A DNA stretch of 24,000 nucleotides from Minwuia sp. (GCA_965228535.1 CBDDHU010000003.1:348589-372588); one strand, 5' to 3'. Positions 9,164 through 16,202 are shown, numbered from the stretch's first letter. Numbers and translations: made by a program. The notes: generated from the letters alone by a model not told the origin.

Positions 9164-9808
9164 ATGATGAAACTGGTCGGGCGCTACACCTCGCCCTATG
9201 TCCGCCGGGTCGCGATCACCATGCTGACCTGCGGGCTGGAATTCGAGCTGGTGGAACGGCTGCCCTTCGGCGAGGACAAGGCGGAGGTGCGGAAGTTCAA
9301 CCCGCTGGGCCGCATCCCGGCGCTGGTGCTGGCGGATGGCGAGACCATCGTGGAGAGCGGCACCATCATCGACTGCCTGGACGACATGGTCGGGCCGGAG
9401 CGTGCGCTGACCCCGCCAACGGGGGCGGAGCGCCGCGCGGTGCTGAACCTGCTCGCCGTCGCCTCCGGCGCGACCGACAAGCTGGTCTCGTCGCTCTACG
9501 AACATCACCTGCGGCCGCCGGAGATGGTGCACCGGCCATGGGCCAAGATGTGCGACCGCCAGGCCACGGACGGCTTCCGCTGGCTGGAGCAGCGCCTGCA
9601 GGGCGACTGGTTCGTCGGTGACCGCATGACCCAGGCCGACCTGACCGTCGCGGTGTTCTGGCAGTTCGGGGTGGAGAAACGCCCCAACTTCTTCGCCCGC
9701 ATGGATTGCCCGAAGCTGACGGCGCTGTCCGACCGCCTTGCCGCGACCGAACCCTTCCGCCTGACGCCACAGGGCGAGGGTCTGCCGAAGGGTATCGCGC
9801 TGGAATAG
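9164..9808 (+). CDS. Glutathione S-transferase family protein
   Basis: MMKLVGRYTSPYVRRVAITML...NPLGRIPALVLADGETIVESGTIIDCL is a GST N-terminal thioredoxin-like domain. The start lies 3 nt after the P450 stop (9159-9161). The track ORF 8891..9808 carries a spurious N-terminal extension that overlaps the P450 gene. Confidence 0.85.
   Translation: MMKLVGRYTSPYVRRVAITMLTCGLEFELVERLPFGEDKAEVRKFNPLGRIPALVLADGETIVESGTIIDCLDDMVGPERALTPPTGAERRAVLNLLAVASGATDKLVSSLYEHHLRPPEMVHRPWAKMCDRQATDGFRWLEQRLQGDWFVGDRMTQADLTVAVFWQFGVEKRPNFFARMDCPKLTALSDRLAATEPFRLTPQGEGLPKGIALE
9770..9808 (+). repeat. Direct repeat copy 1 (last 13 codons, including the stop, of the GST gene)
   Basis: CAGGGCGAGGGTCTGCCGAAGGGTATCGCGCTGGAATAG recurs at 11585-11623 with a single T/C difference, which is synonymous in the GST frame (GGT vs GGC). 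Confidence 0.9.
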
Positions 9809-9895
9809 CGCCGCCCGTCGCCGCTTGTCCCGTGATCCGGCGCGTGGTCTGCTGTGGTGAACGTGCAGGTGGCCGGACGGGGGCGGGATACACGC

Positions 9896-11482
9896 ATGGT
9901 GATGGGCGTGGGGGAGATCATCGGACTGCTGGCGCTGCTGCTGACGGTTCTCGGCGGCCTGTCGGCCTATTACCTCGACATGCTGAAACACCGCCAGGGC
10001 AAGGCCTTTCTGCGTCTGCGCGCCAGCCTGCGCAAGGGCAGTACCACCGCCCTGGTCTATGCTTGGACCCTCAAATGGCTGCTGGCGAAGGTCGACCGGT
10101 TCTTCGAGGGCGAGCCCTACGATCCGAAGGACGACATCGATCCGGCCACCCGTCTGGGCCGCCTCGCGCGCTGGCTGTTCCGCCGCCCGCCCGACTACCG
10201 CCGCCCACCGAAAATCCGGGACCGGTCCTGGCAGGCCCCGGCCTGGAGCGCCGCCAGCTATGACCGCTGCCTGCTGCTGGCAGTGATCTATCCGATTGCG
10301 TCCGCCCTGCTGTCCTGGCTGATCGCGGGGGAGGCCGGAACTCTCGGGCAAGCCCTTGGCCTCGTGGACATTTCCGATGCTCTCTACCGCCTCTATGTAG
10401 GAGGAGTCTTCACGGTCGGGACGGGTTTCTTCGTCGCCGGGCTGGCCCTCAATGGCTGGAAGGGCCCGGTTTGTGTCGTGCTTTATGTGGCAATCCTTGT
10501 TGGCGGAGGAAACTTGGCGGACACGCTGTTCGCCGACGCCGACGCCAGAGCATTCGTTGTCGCTTTCGCTGTCGCCTTCGCTGTCGCTGGCGCTTTCGCT
10601 GTCGCTGGCGATGTCGCTCTCGCTTTCGCTTTCGCTGTCGCTGTCGCTGTCGCATTCGCTGTTGCTGGCGTTGCCGCTCTCGCTTTCGTTGTCGCTGTCG
10701 CTTTCGCTTTCGCTGTGGCTTTCGCTTTCGCTGTCGCTGTCGCGGCGACGCTGGACAGGAGGACCATCGTCTTCGGTTGCGTGTCCATCCTGAATCTTGT
10801 TGCAGCATATGTTGTGGTCGGCCTCGCAGCCGGACCGGACGTATCAGAGACCCGGTTTGGGATCCTCGTCGGTTTGGTGCTCCTCCCCCTCGTCAACGCC
10901 CCGTTCGACTGGCTGTCGGTCGGGCTGACACGCTATCTGCTGCGCCTGGGTCTCCAACGGCAGCGGTTGCGGGAGCGGATTGTCTGGTGGCTGGCGGATA
11001 TTGCCGGGGCGGCGCTGTTGCTGCTGGGCGTTGCCGTTGCCATGGTGGTGGCGCTGGAGGGGCTGAATGCGGTGGGTTTCGCGGGTGGCATGAGCGAGCC
11101 CATCGCGCCGGTTGCGGCGACGCTGCATGACATCCGTGCCGAACCGGACGCGGCGCGGCATCTCTGGATCTACTTTGCCCTGTTCTCCACCCTGATTCCG
11201 ACCCTGGTGCATCTGGTGGTGATCCTGTTCAGCGCGCTGACCGCCAATTTTCCGCCGTTGCAGGGCATGATCGTGCGGCTCATCGCGCTGGGACCGGATG
11301 CGGGCTACAACCCGCTGATTGGCTTCCTGCTCAGCGTTCGCTGGGTCATCGCCATCGCGGCGACCGCGTTGCTGGCCTTCTGCATCTGGTGGATCGGGTC
11401 GGCGGTGCTGCATGTCTGGGAAGACCTGCTCTGGCTGCTGATCGAGGTGCAGAAGCTCAGCCGCGCCCTGTTTGTCGGGTAG
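9896..11482 (+). CDS. Orphan multi-pass membrane protein with a central (Val/Phe)-Ala dipeptide-repeat array; no family recognised
   Basis: This is the only long ORF spanning the region. From the ATG at 9896 it is 528 aa; the track GTG at 9854 adds 14 aa. It begins with a hydrophobic helix (GEIIGLLALLLTVLGGLSAYYL), followed by a basic, proline-containing stretch (RRPPDYRRPPKIRDRSW). Many hydrophobic segments then run to the C-terminus. Confidence 0.6.
   Translation: MVMGVGEIIGLLALLLTVLGGLSAYYLDMLKHRQGKAFLRLRASLRKGSTTALVYAWTLKWLLAKVDRFFEGEPYDPKDDIDPATRLGRLARWLFRRPPDYRRPPKIRDRSWQAPAWSAASYDRCLLLAVIYPIASALLSWLIAGEAGTLGQALGLVDISDALYRLYVGGVFTVGTGFFVAGLALNGWKGPVCVVLYVAILVGGGNLADTLFADADARAFVVAFAVAFAVAGAFAVAGDVALAFAFAVAVAVAFAVAGVAALAFVVAVAFAFAVAFAFAVAVAATLDRRTIVFGCVSILNLVAAYVVVGLAAGPDVSETRFGILVGLVLLPLVNAPFDWLSVGLTRYLLRLGLQRQRLRERIVWWLADIAGAALLLLGVAVAMVVALEGLNAVGFAGGMSEPIAPVAATLHDIRAEPDAARHLWIYFALFSTLIPTLVHLVVILFSALTANFPPLQGMIVRLIALGPDAGYNPLIGFLLSVRWVIAIAATALLAFCIWWIGSAVLHVWEDLLWLLIEVQKLSRALFVG
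10553..10744 (+). repeat. Tandem hexanucleotide repeat, about 32 units of (G/T)TCGCT
   Basis: The run GTCGCT TTCGCT GTCGCC TTCGCT GTCGCT GGCGCT ... is read in frame as FVVAFAVAFAVAGAFAVAGDVALAFAFAVAVAVAFAVAGVAALAFVVAVAFAFAVAFAFAVAVA. All six frames are open across it, which is why the track shows SLSLSL, RCRFRC, KRKRQR and ATATAKAK artefact ORFs. Confidence 0.9.
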
Positions 11483-11584
11483 CGGGTCGCTTCGCCTTCC
11501 CCCCGCAGACCGAGAACCTGATGCTTGGTCCGGCCCCTGGATGTTCGTGCGGTACTCCCGGATGCCCGGGTCGCGCCCACGTCG

Positions 11585-11623
11585 CAGGGCGAGGGCCTGC
11601 CGAAGGGTATCGCGCTGGAATAG
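11585..11623 (+). repeat. Direct repeat copy 2 (non-coding duplicate of the GST 3' end)
   Basis: CAGGGCGAGGGCCTGCCGAAGGGTATCGCGCTGGAATAG matches 9770-9808 at 38 of 39 positions. In the GST frame an in-frame TGA lies about 25 codons upstream, so no functional GST reading frame leads into it. Confidence 0.9.
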
Positions 11624-11670
11624 GGCAACAGGAGCGCGGGGCGGAGGTGTCCGGCGCGTTGATCCCCGGT

Positions 11671-12429
11671 TCAGTTGGTGAGCCAGCCGGAACGGGCGGC
11701 GATGGCGATGGCCTCGGTGCGGTTGGCGGCGTTGAGTTTCTTCATCACGTTGGCGACGTGGAACTTCACGGTGCGTTCGCTGATGCCCAGGATCTCGCCG
11801 ATCTCCGAGTTGCTGCGGCCCCTCGACATCCACAGCAGGCATTCCTGTTCCCGGCGGGAGAACATGACGTCCGCCAGTTCGCCCTCCCCGCCCAGCACCA
11901 GGTAGTCGGCGATGCTGACGGTGAAGCGCAGCGCCAGCCGGTGTACCTCGTTGGTGGTGGCGGCGATGGTCTCCGCCGCGCCGGCCGGGTCGCCCAGCAT
12001 GAACAGGTACAGGGCCTGGGTGCGCAGCGGGGTGTTCATGGGGATGAACAGGTCATGCTTGATGCCGAAGCGCTTCTCCAGCGCCCAGATCCAGCGTTGC
12101 CGCCGGGTCAGCACCATTCCCGACCGCTCCGCCAGGGTGGTGAAGGGGGCATGGCGTTCGGAGACAAGCTGCAGCATCGGGTCGAAGCGGAACATGCGGC
12201 GGCTGTAGTAGATTGCCTCGAACGCCTTCAGGAAGGCCGGCCCGCGAGAGAGCACGAACGCCTCCCCCGCCGCGACCTCGTCCAGCGGCATGCGGCGGTG
12301 GGTGTAGTAGACGAAGCCCGCATAGCCCATGCCGCGCACGCGGTATTCCAGCGCGTCGCCCAGATCGTCCAGCGAGATGGCCTCCGCCATCTGCCGCTCG
12401 AACTCCAGATCCGGTCCCTGTTCAGCCAT
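11671..12429 (-). CDS. LuxR-family transcriptional regulator with an autoinducer-binding-like N-terminal domain (LuxR solo in this window)
   Basis: 252-aa ORF. The C-terminus carries the HTH region SRREQECLLWMSRGRSNSEIGEILGISERTVKFHVANVMKKLNAANRTEAIAIA. The N-terminal region of about 170 aa resembles acyl-HSL receptor domains (for example RFDPM and FGIKHDLFIP). No luxI-type synthase is present in the window. Confidence 0.85.
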   Translation of the reverse strand: MAEQGPDLEFERQMAEAISLDDLGDALEYRVRGMGYAGFVYYTHRRMPLDEVAAGEAFVLSRGPAFLKAFEAIYYSRRMFRFDPMLQLVSERHAPFTTLAERSGMVLTRRQRWIWALEKRFGIKHDLFIPMNTPLRTQALYLFMLGDPAGAAETIAATTNEVHRLALRFTVSIADYLVLGGEGELADVMFSRREQECLLWMSRGRSNSEIGEILGISERTVKFHVANVMKKLNAANRTEAIAIAARSGWLTN

Positions 12430-12478
12430 CCGGTCCCCTCCGTCAGCGCCATACTGCTGCAGCCGGAACGGGAACTGT

Positions 12479-12498
12479 ACCTGTCCGAACGGTCAGGT
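12479..12498. promoter_or_regulatory. lux-box-like 20-bp imperfect palindrome upstream of the LuxR-family gene
   Basis: In ACCTGTCCGAACGGTCAGGT, 8 of 10 positions are dyad-symmetric. By hand alignment it is identical to the Vibrio fischeri lux box ACCTGTAGGATCGTACAGGT at 15 of 20 positions. Its centre is about 60 bp upstream of the ATG at 12429. It overlaps a perfect tandem GTCAGGT GTCAGGT (12492-12505). Confidence 0.45.
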
Positions 12499-12606
12499 GT
12501 CAGGTTTCATCGGGATCCTGCCGGTCGCGAACGCCTCGAGCCGGGCACCCGGGCCTGGCCCGGTCGCGCCGTGGGGTCCCGAGGCGACCTTCCGGGAGTC
12601 CATCGC

Positions 12607-12755
12607 TGACTGTTCCATCCCTCTCCCCCTCCCGGCCACTCAATAAGGATACTCCCGTGGGTGGCCGGGAGGGGGAGAGGGATGGAACAGGCCAACCAGC
12701 AAGTCCGGAGAGGGATGGAACAGACCACAGACAGACCCGGAGAGGGACGGAACGG
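12607..12755. repeat. REP-like element: a perfect 30-bp-stem hairpin plus two further direct copies of its terminal 17-mer
   Basis: Arms CTGTTCCATCCCTCTCCCCCTCCCGGCCAC (12610-12639) and GTGGCCGGGAGGGGGAGAGGGATGGAACAG (12661-12690) are exact reverse complements around a 21-nt loop. The motif GGAGAGGGATGGAACAG recurs at 12707-12723 and as the variant GGAGAGGGACGGAACGG at 12739-12755, with a period of about 33 bp. The element lies between the sdhB stop and the LuxR promoter region. Confidence 0.8.
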
Positions 12756-12775
12756 CAATCAGATGGCGAACCGGC

Positions 12776-13561
12776 CTAGAGCTTGCGCTCCACCATCATC
12801 TTCTTCAGCTCCGCGATCGCCCGGGCCGGGTTGAGACCCTTCGGGCAGGTGTGGGCGCAGTTCATGATGGTGTGGCAGCGATAGAGCTTGAACGGGTCTT
12901 CCAGCTTGTCGAGCCGGTCGCCCGTGGCCTCGTCGCGGCTGTCGATGACCCAGCGATAGGCCTGCAGCAGCACGGCGGGGCCGAGGTATCGGTCGCTGTT
13001 CCACCAGTAGCTGGGGCAGGAGGTGGCGCAGCAGGCGCACAGGATGCACTCGTACAGCCCGTCGATCTTCACCCGGTCCTCGCGGTCCTGCAGGCGCTCC
13101 CGGTCCGGCGGGGCCGGGGTCTTGGTCTGCATCCACGGCTCGATGGAGGCATACTGGGCGTAGAAGTGGGTCAGGTCGCCGACCAGGTCCTTGATCACGT
13201 CCAGGTGCGGCAGGGGATAGATCTTCACGTCCCCCTTCACGTCCTGGATGCCCTTGGTGCAGGCCAGCGTGTTGGTGCCGTCGATGTTCATGGCGCAGGA
13301 GCCGCAGATGCCCTCGCGGCAGGACCGGCGGAAGGTCAGGGTCGGATCGACCTCGTCCTTGATGCGGATCAGCGCGTCCAGGATCATCGGGCCGCAATCG
13401 TCGAGATCGACCTCGTAGGTATCGACCCGCGGGTTCTCGCCCGAGTCCGGATCATAGCGGTAGATCTTGAACTTCTTGGTGTTGCTGCCCGATCCGACCT
13501 TCGGCCAGGTCTTGCCGTTGGACTTGATCCGGGAATTTGCCGGAAGATTGAATTCGACCAT
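12776..13561 (-). CDS. sdhB: Succinate dehydrogenase iron-sulfur subunit
   Basis: 261-aa ORF with three Cys clusters: [31 protein letters not shown] and [17 protein letters not shown]. Confidence 0.95.
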   Translation of the reverse strand: MVEFNLPANSRIKSNGKTWPKVGSGSNTKKFKIYRYDPDSGENPRVDTYEVDLDDCGPMILDALIRIKDEVDPTLTFRRSCREGICGSCAMNIDGTNTLACTKGIQDVKGDVKIYPLPHLDVIKDLVGDLTHFYAQYASIEPWMQTKTPAPPDRERLQDREDRVKIDGLYECILCACCATSCPSYWWNSDRYLGPAVLLQAYRWVIDSRDEATGDRLDKLEDPFKLYRCHTIMNCAHTCPKGLNPARAIAELKKMMVERKL

Positions 13562-13576
13562 GTCGTGTCTCCCAAT

Positions 13577-13606
13577 CCGGGGCCGGACTTGCTGATCCGG
13601 CCCGGG
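13577..13606 (-). promoter_or_regulatory. Intercistronic stem-loop between sdhA and sdhB
   Basis: CCGGGGCCGGA (13577-13587) pairs with TCCGGCCCGGG (13596-13606) at 10 of 11 positions around an 8-nt loop. It sits in the 60-bp sdhA-sdhB spacer. Confidence 0.35.
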
Positions 13607-13621
13607 AATTCTGGTGCTGGA

Positions 13622-15415
13622 TCAGTAAACGCGTGCCTTCGGCTTCACGTACTCCATCTCGTTGGAGAGGGTGTAGGTGTGCACCGGGCGGTAATCGATG
13701 GTGACCTTGCCGTCCTCATCGAACCAGCTCAGCGTATGCTTCATCCAGTTCTCGTCGTCGCGTTCGGAGAAGTCCTCGTGCGCATGGGCGCCGCGGCTTT
13801 CCTTGCGGTTCTCCGCGGAGTGCATGGTGACGACCGCCTGGCGGATCAGGTTGTCGAGCTCCAGCGCCTCCACCAGGTCCGAATTCCAGACCAGGCTGCG
13901 GTCACTGACACCGATGGACGGCATCTGGGTATAGACCTCGTCGATCAGACCCTTGCCTTCCGCCAGCACCTCGGAGGTGCGGAACACCGCGCAGTTGTTC
14001 TGCATCACCCGCTGCATGTTGCCCCGGATGCGCGATGTCGGCATGTCGCCCTTGGCGTGGCGCATCCTGTCGAAGCGGTCCAGCGCCTTGTTGAGCGATT
14101 CCTTGTTGGTGTCCTTGTGCGACGCGCCGGGCTCCAGGATCTCGGCGCAGCGCTTGGCGCAGGCCCGCCCGAAGACCACCAGGTCGATCAGGGAGTTGGA
14201 GCCGAGCCGGTTGGCGCCATGGACCGAGACGCAGGCCGCCTCGCCCGCCGCCATCAGGCCGGGCACCACCGCGTCCGGATCACCGTCCTTCAGCGTCAGC
14301 ACCTCGCCCTTGTAGTTGGTCTGGATGCCGCCCATGTTGTAGTGCACCGTCGGCAGCACCGGGATCGGTTCCTTGTTCACGTCGACACCGGCGAAGATGT
14401 GCGCCGATTCCGAGATCCCGGGCAGCCGCTCCGCGATGATCGCCGGATCCAGGTGATCCAGGTGCAGGAAGATGTGGTCGGCATCCTTGCCGACACCGCG
14501 GCCTTCCCGGATCTCCATGGTCATGGCGCGGGAGACGACGTCGCGGCTGGCCAGGTCCTTGGCGGACGGGGCGTAACGCTCCATGAAGCGCTCACCCTCC
14601 GAATTCACCAGGTAACCGCCCTCGCCACGCACGCCTTCCGTGATCAGGCAGCCGGCACCGTAGATGCCGGTCGGATGGAACTGCACGAACTCCAGGTCCT
14701 GCAGCGGCAGGCCGGCACGCAGCACCATGCCGCCGCCGTCACCGGTGCAGGTATGGGCCGAGGTGCAGGAGAAGTAGGCGCGGCCATAGCCGCCGGTGGC
14801 CAGGATGACCATCTGCGCCCGGAACAGGTGCAGCGACCCGTCCGACAGGTCCCAGCACAGCACGCCGGTGCAGGCGCCTTCCTCGTCCATGATCAGGTCG
14901 ATGGCGAAGTACTCGATGAAGAAGTGGGTGTCGTTCTTCAGCGACTGGCCATACAGCGTGTGCAGCATGGCGTGGCCGGTACGGTCGGCGGCGGCACAGG
15001 TCCGCTGCGCGGCCGGTCCCTCGCCGAACTCCGTGGTCATGCCGCCGAAGGCACGCTGGTAGATGCGTCCCTCTTCCGTGCGGCTGAACGGCACGCCGAA
15101 ATGTTCCAGCTCCAGCACCGCGTTGACCGCGTCGCGCACCATGTACTCGATGGCGTCCTGGTCACCCAGCCAGTCCGACCCCTTGACGGTGTCGTACATG
15201 TGCCAGCGCCAGTTGTCCGGGCCCATGTTGCCCAGCGAGGCGGAGATGCCGCCCTGCGCCGCAACGGTGTGCGACCGGGTCGGGAACACCTTGGTGACGC
15301 AGGCGGTGTTCAGACCGGCCTCGGCACAGCCCATGGCGGCACGCAGCCCGGCACCGCCGGCACCGACCACCACCACGTCGAACTTGTGCTCTGTAATCTC
15401 GTAAGCATCTGACAT
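13622..15415 (-). CDS. sdhA: Succinate dehydrogenase flavoprotein subunit
   Basis: Carries the FAD-binding stretch [14 protein letters not shown] and the covalent-FAD histidine context [10 protein letters not shown]. The ATG at 15415 (MSDAYEI) is preferred over the track TTG at 15424, which would overlap the sdhD stop. Confidence 0.95.
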   Translation of the reverse strand: MSDAYEITEHKFDVVVVGAGGAGLRAAMGCAEAGLNTACVTKVFPTRSHTVAAQGGISASLGNMGPDNWRWHMYDTVKGSDWLGDQDAIEYMVRDAVNAVLELEHFGVPFSRTEEGRIYQRAFGGMTTEFGEGPAAQRTCAAADRTGHAMLHTLYGQSLKNDTHFFIEYFAIDLIMDEEGACTGVLCWDLSDGSLHLFRAQMVILATGGYGRAYFSCTSAHTCTGDGGGMVLRAGLPLQDLEFVQFHPTGIYGAGCLITEGVRGEGGYLVNSEGERFMERYAPSAKDLASRDVVSRAMTMEIREGRGVGKDADHIFLHLDHLDPAIIAERLPGISESAHIFAGVDVNKEPIPVLPTVHYNMGGIQTNYKGEVLTLKDGDPDAVVPGLMAAGEAACVSVHGANRLGSNSLIDLVVFGRACAKRCAEILEPGASHKDTNKESLNKALDRFDRMRHAKGDMPTSRIRGNMQRVMQNNCAVFRTSEVLAEGKGLIDEVYTQMPSIGVSDRSLVWNSDLVEALELDNLIRQAVVTMHSAENRKESRGAHAHEDFSERDDENWMKHTLSWFDEDGKVTIDYRPVHTYTLSNEMEYVKPKARVY

Positions 15416-15420
15416 CGTGC

Positions 15421-15810
15421 TCAACCCCCGAAGGCAATCTTGAGGACGGCAAGCGCGCAGATCAGGGCACCGATCCAGCAGCCGAACGTGTTGACGAACA
15501 TGAGGACCAGCTTCGACGCATGGCCGTGCACGTAATCCTCGATCACCACCTGAATACCCAGCTTCAGGTGCCAGAACACCGCCACGATGAGCAGCAGCAG
15601 CACACCGGCCACCACCGGATGGCCGACGATGCCGTCAGCGGTCAGGTAGTCGGCGGAGGTCAGGCGGATGGCCAGGACGACGAAGGCGAAGACCAGCGGC
15701 ACCAGCGCGATGGCGGTGACCCGCTGCATCCACCAGTGTTCCGTGCCGTCCTTGGCCGAGCCCAGGCCCCGGACGTTCTTCAGCGGCGTGTTGAGACGCG
15801 ATCTGGCCAT
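15421..15810 (-). CDS. sdhD: Succinate dehydrogenase membrane anchor subunit
   Basis: 129 aa starting [33 protein letters not shown], with three hydrophobic helices and the motif [15 protein letters not shown]. This is the C-terminal part of track ORF 15421..16308, and the rest overlaps sdhC in another frame. Confidence 0.88.
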   Translation of the reverse strand: MARSRLNTPLKNVRGLGSAKDGTEHWWMQRVTAIALVPLVFAFVVLAIRLTSADYLTADGIVGHPVVAGVLLLLIVAVFWHLKLGIQVVIEDYVHGHASKLVLMFVNTFGCWIGALICALAVLKIAFGG

Positions 15811-15812
15811 GG

Positions 15813-16202
15813 TCAGCCTCCCCATCCGTAAGCGGCGATCCATGCCAATACGGTCAGGACCGTCGCGCCGATCACCACCATGTAGCCACTGCGGAATGCC
15901 GCGGAGACCTCGAAGCCCCAGCCGGCATCCCAGTACAGGTGCCGCAGGCCGTTGCAGAGGTGGTAGAACAGCGCCCAGGTGAAGCCCAGCAGGACCAGGC
16001 GGCCGATGATGCTGCCCGCGATCCCCATGACAAAGTCGTAATATTCCGGCCCGCTCGCCAACGCGACCAGCCACCAGAGCAACAGGACGAGACCGCCCCC
16101 CAGCGCCACGCCCGTGCCGCGATGCAGGATCGACAGCTTGGCGATGAGCGGAAGACGGTAGACCTGTAGATGCGGTGACAACGGGCGATTGGTGTTCGTC
16201 AT
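15813..16202 (-). CDS. sdhC: Succinate dehydrogenase cytochrome b556 subunit
   Basis: MTNTNRPLSPHLQVYRLPLIAKLSILHRGTGV is the SdhC N-terminal signature. The ATG at 16202 is preferred over the track start at 16226. Confidence 0.88.
   Translation of the reverse strand: MTNTNRPLSPHLQVYRLPLIAKLSILHRGTGVALGGGLVLLLWWLVALASGPEYYDFVMGIAGSIIGRLVLLGFTWALFYHLCNGLRHLYWDAGWGFEVSAAFRSGYMVVIGATVLTVLAWIAAYGWGG

Larger units (their letters stand above)
9809..11623 (+). mobile_element. Putative 1,815-bp insertion bounded by direct repeats and carrying one gene (no recombinase in the unit)
   Basis: 39-bp direct repeats lie at 9770-9808 and 11585-11623. Removing one repeat unit would leave the GST stop 47 bp from the convergent LuxR-family stop. 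The cargo gene has visibly more A/T-ending codons than its neighbours. Confidence 0.45.

Noticed and set aside
10449-10896. Alternative-frame repeat ORFs across the hexamer array: SLSLSL (10452..10793 +), RCRFRC (10471..11130 +), KRKRQR (10449..10808 -) and ATATAKAK (10483..10896 -).
   Set aside because: A stop-free 6-nt tandem repeat is open in all six frames by construction. Only the 9854/9896..11482 frame continues as a long ORF with coherent hydrophobic protein sequence on both sides.
9809-11584. The possibility that the repeat-bounded unit is an IS element or MITE.
   Set aside because: No transposase ORF and no terminal inverted repeats were found, and a 39-bp duplication is far longer than known target-site duplications. 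It is kept as an unclassified insertion instead.
9113-11842. Shared peptide ALFQRDTLRQ in two long minus-strand ORFs (9113..10351 and 10844..11842), which could suggest paralogous genes.
   Set aside because: The shared peptide is simply the reverse-strand translation of the 39-bp direct repeat. Both ORFs are antisense shadow frames.
12674-12755. CRISPR-like appearance: three 17-nt direct repeats with spacers of about 16 nt.
   Set aside because: The repeats and spacers are far too short, there are only three copies (one degenerate), and there are no cas genes. The first copy is part of a 30-bp hairpin arm. The region is better explained as a REP/BIME-like cluster.
12851-15412. The 853-aa plus-strand ORF opposite sdhB and sdhA, and similar shadow ORFs at 7851..9101 (-) and 20902..22719 (-).
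   Set aside because: They are antisense to genes with unambiguous catalytic motifs, and their own translations are low-complexity with no motifs. They are rejected as shadow ORFs.
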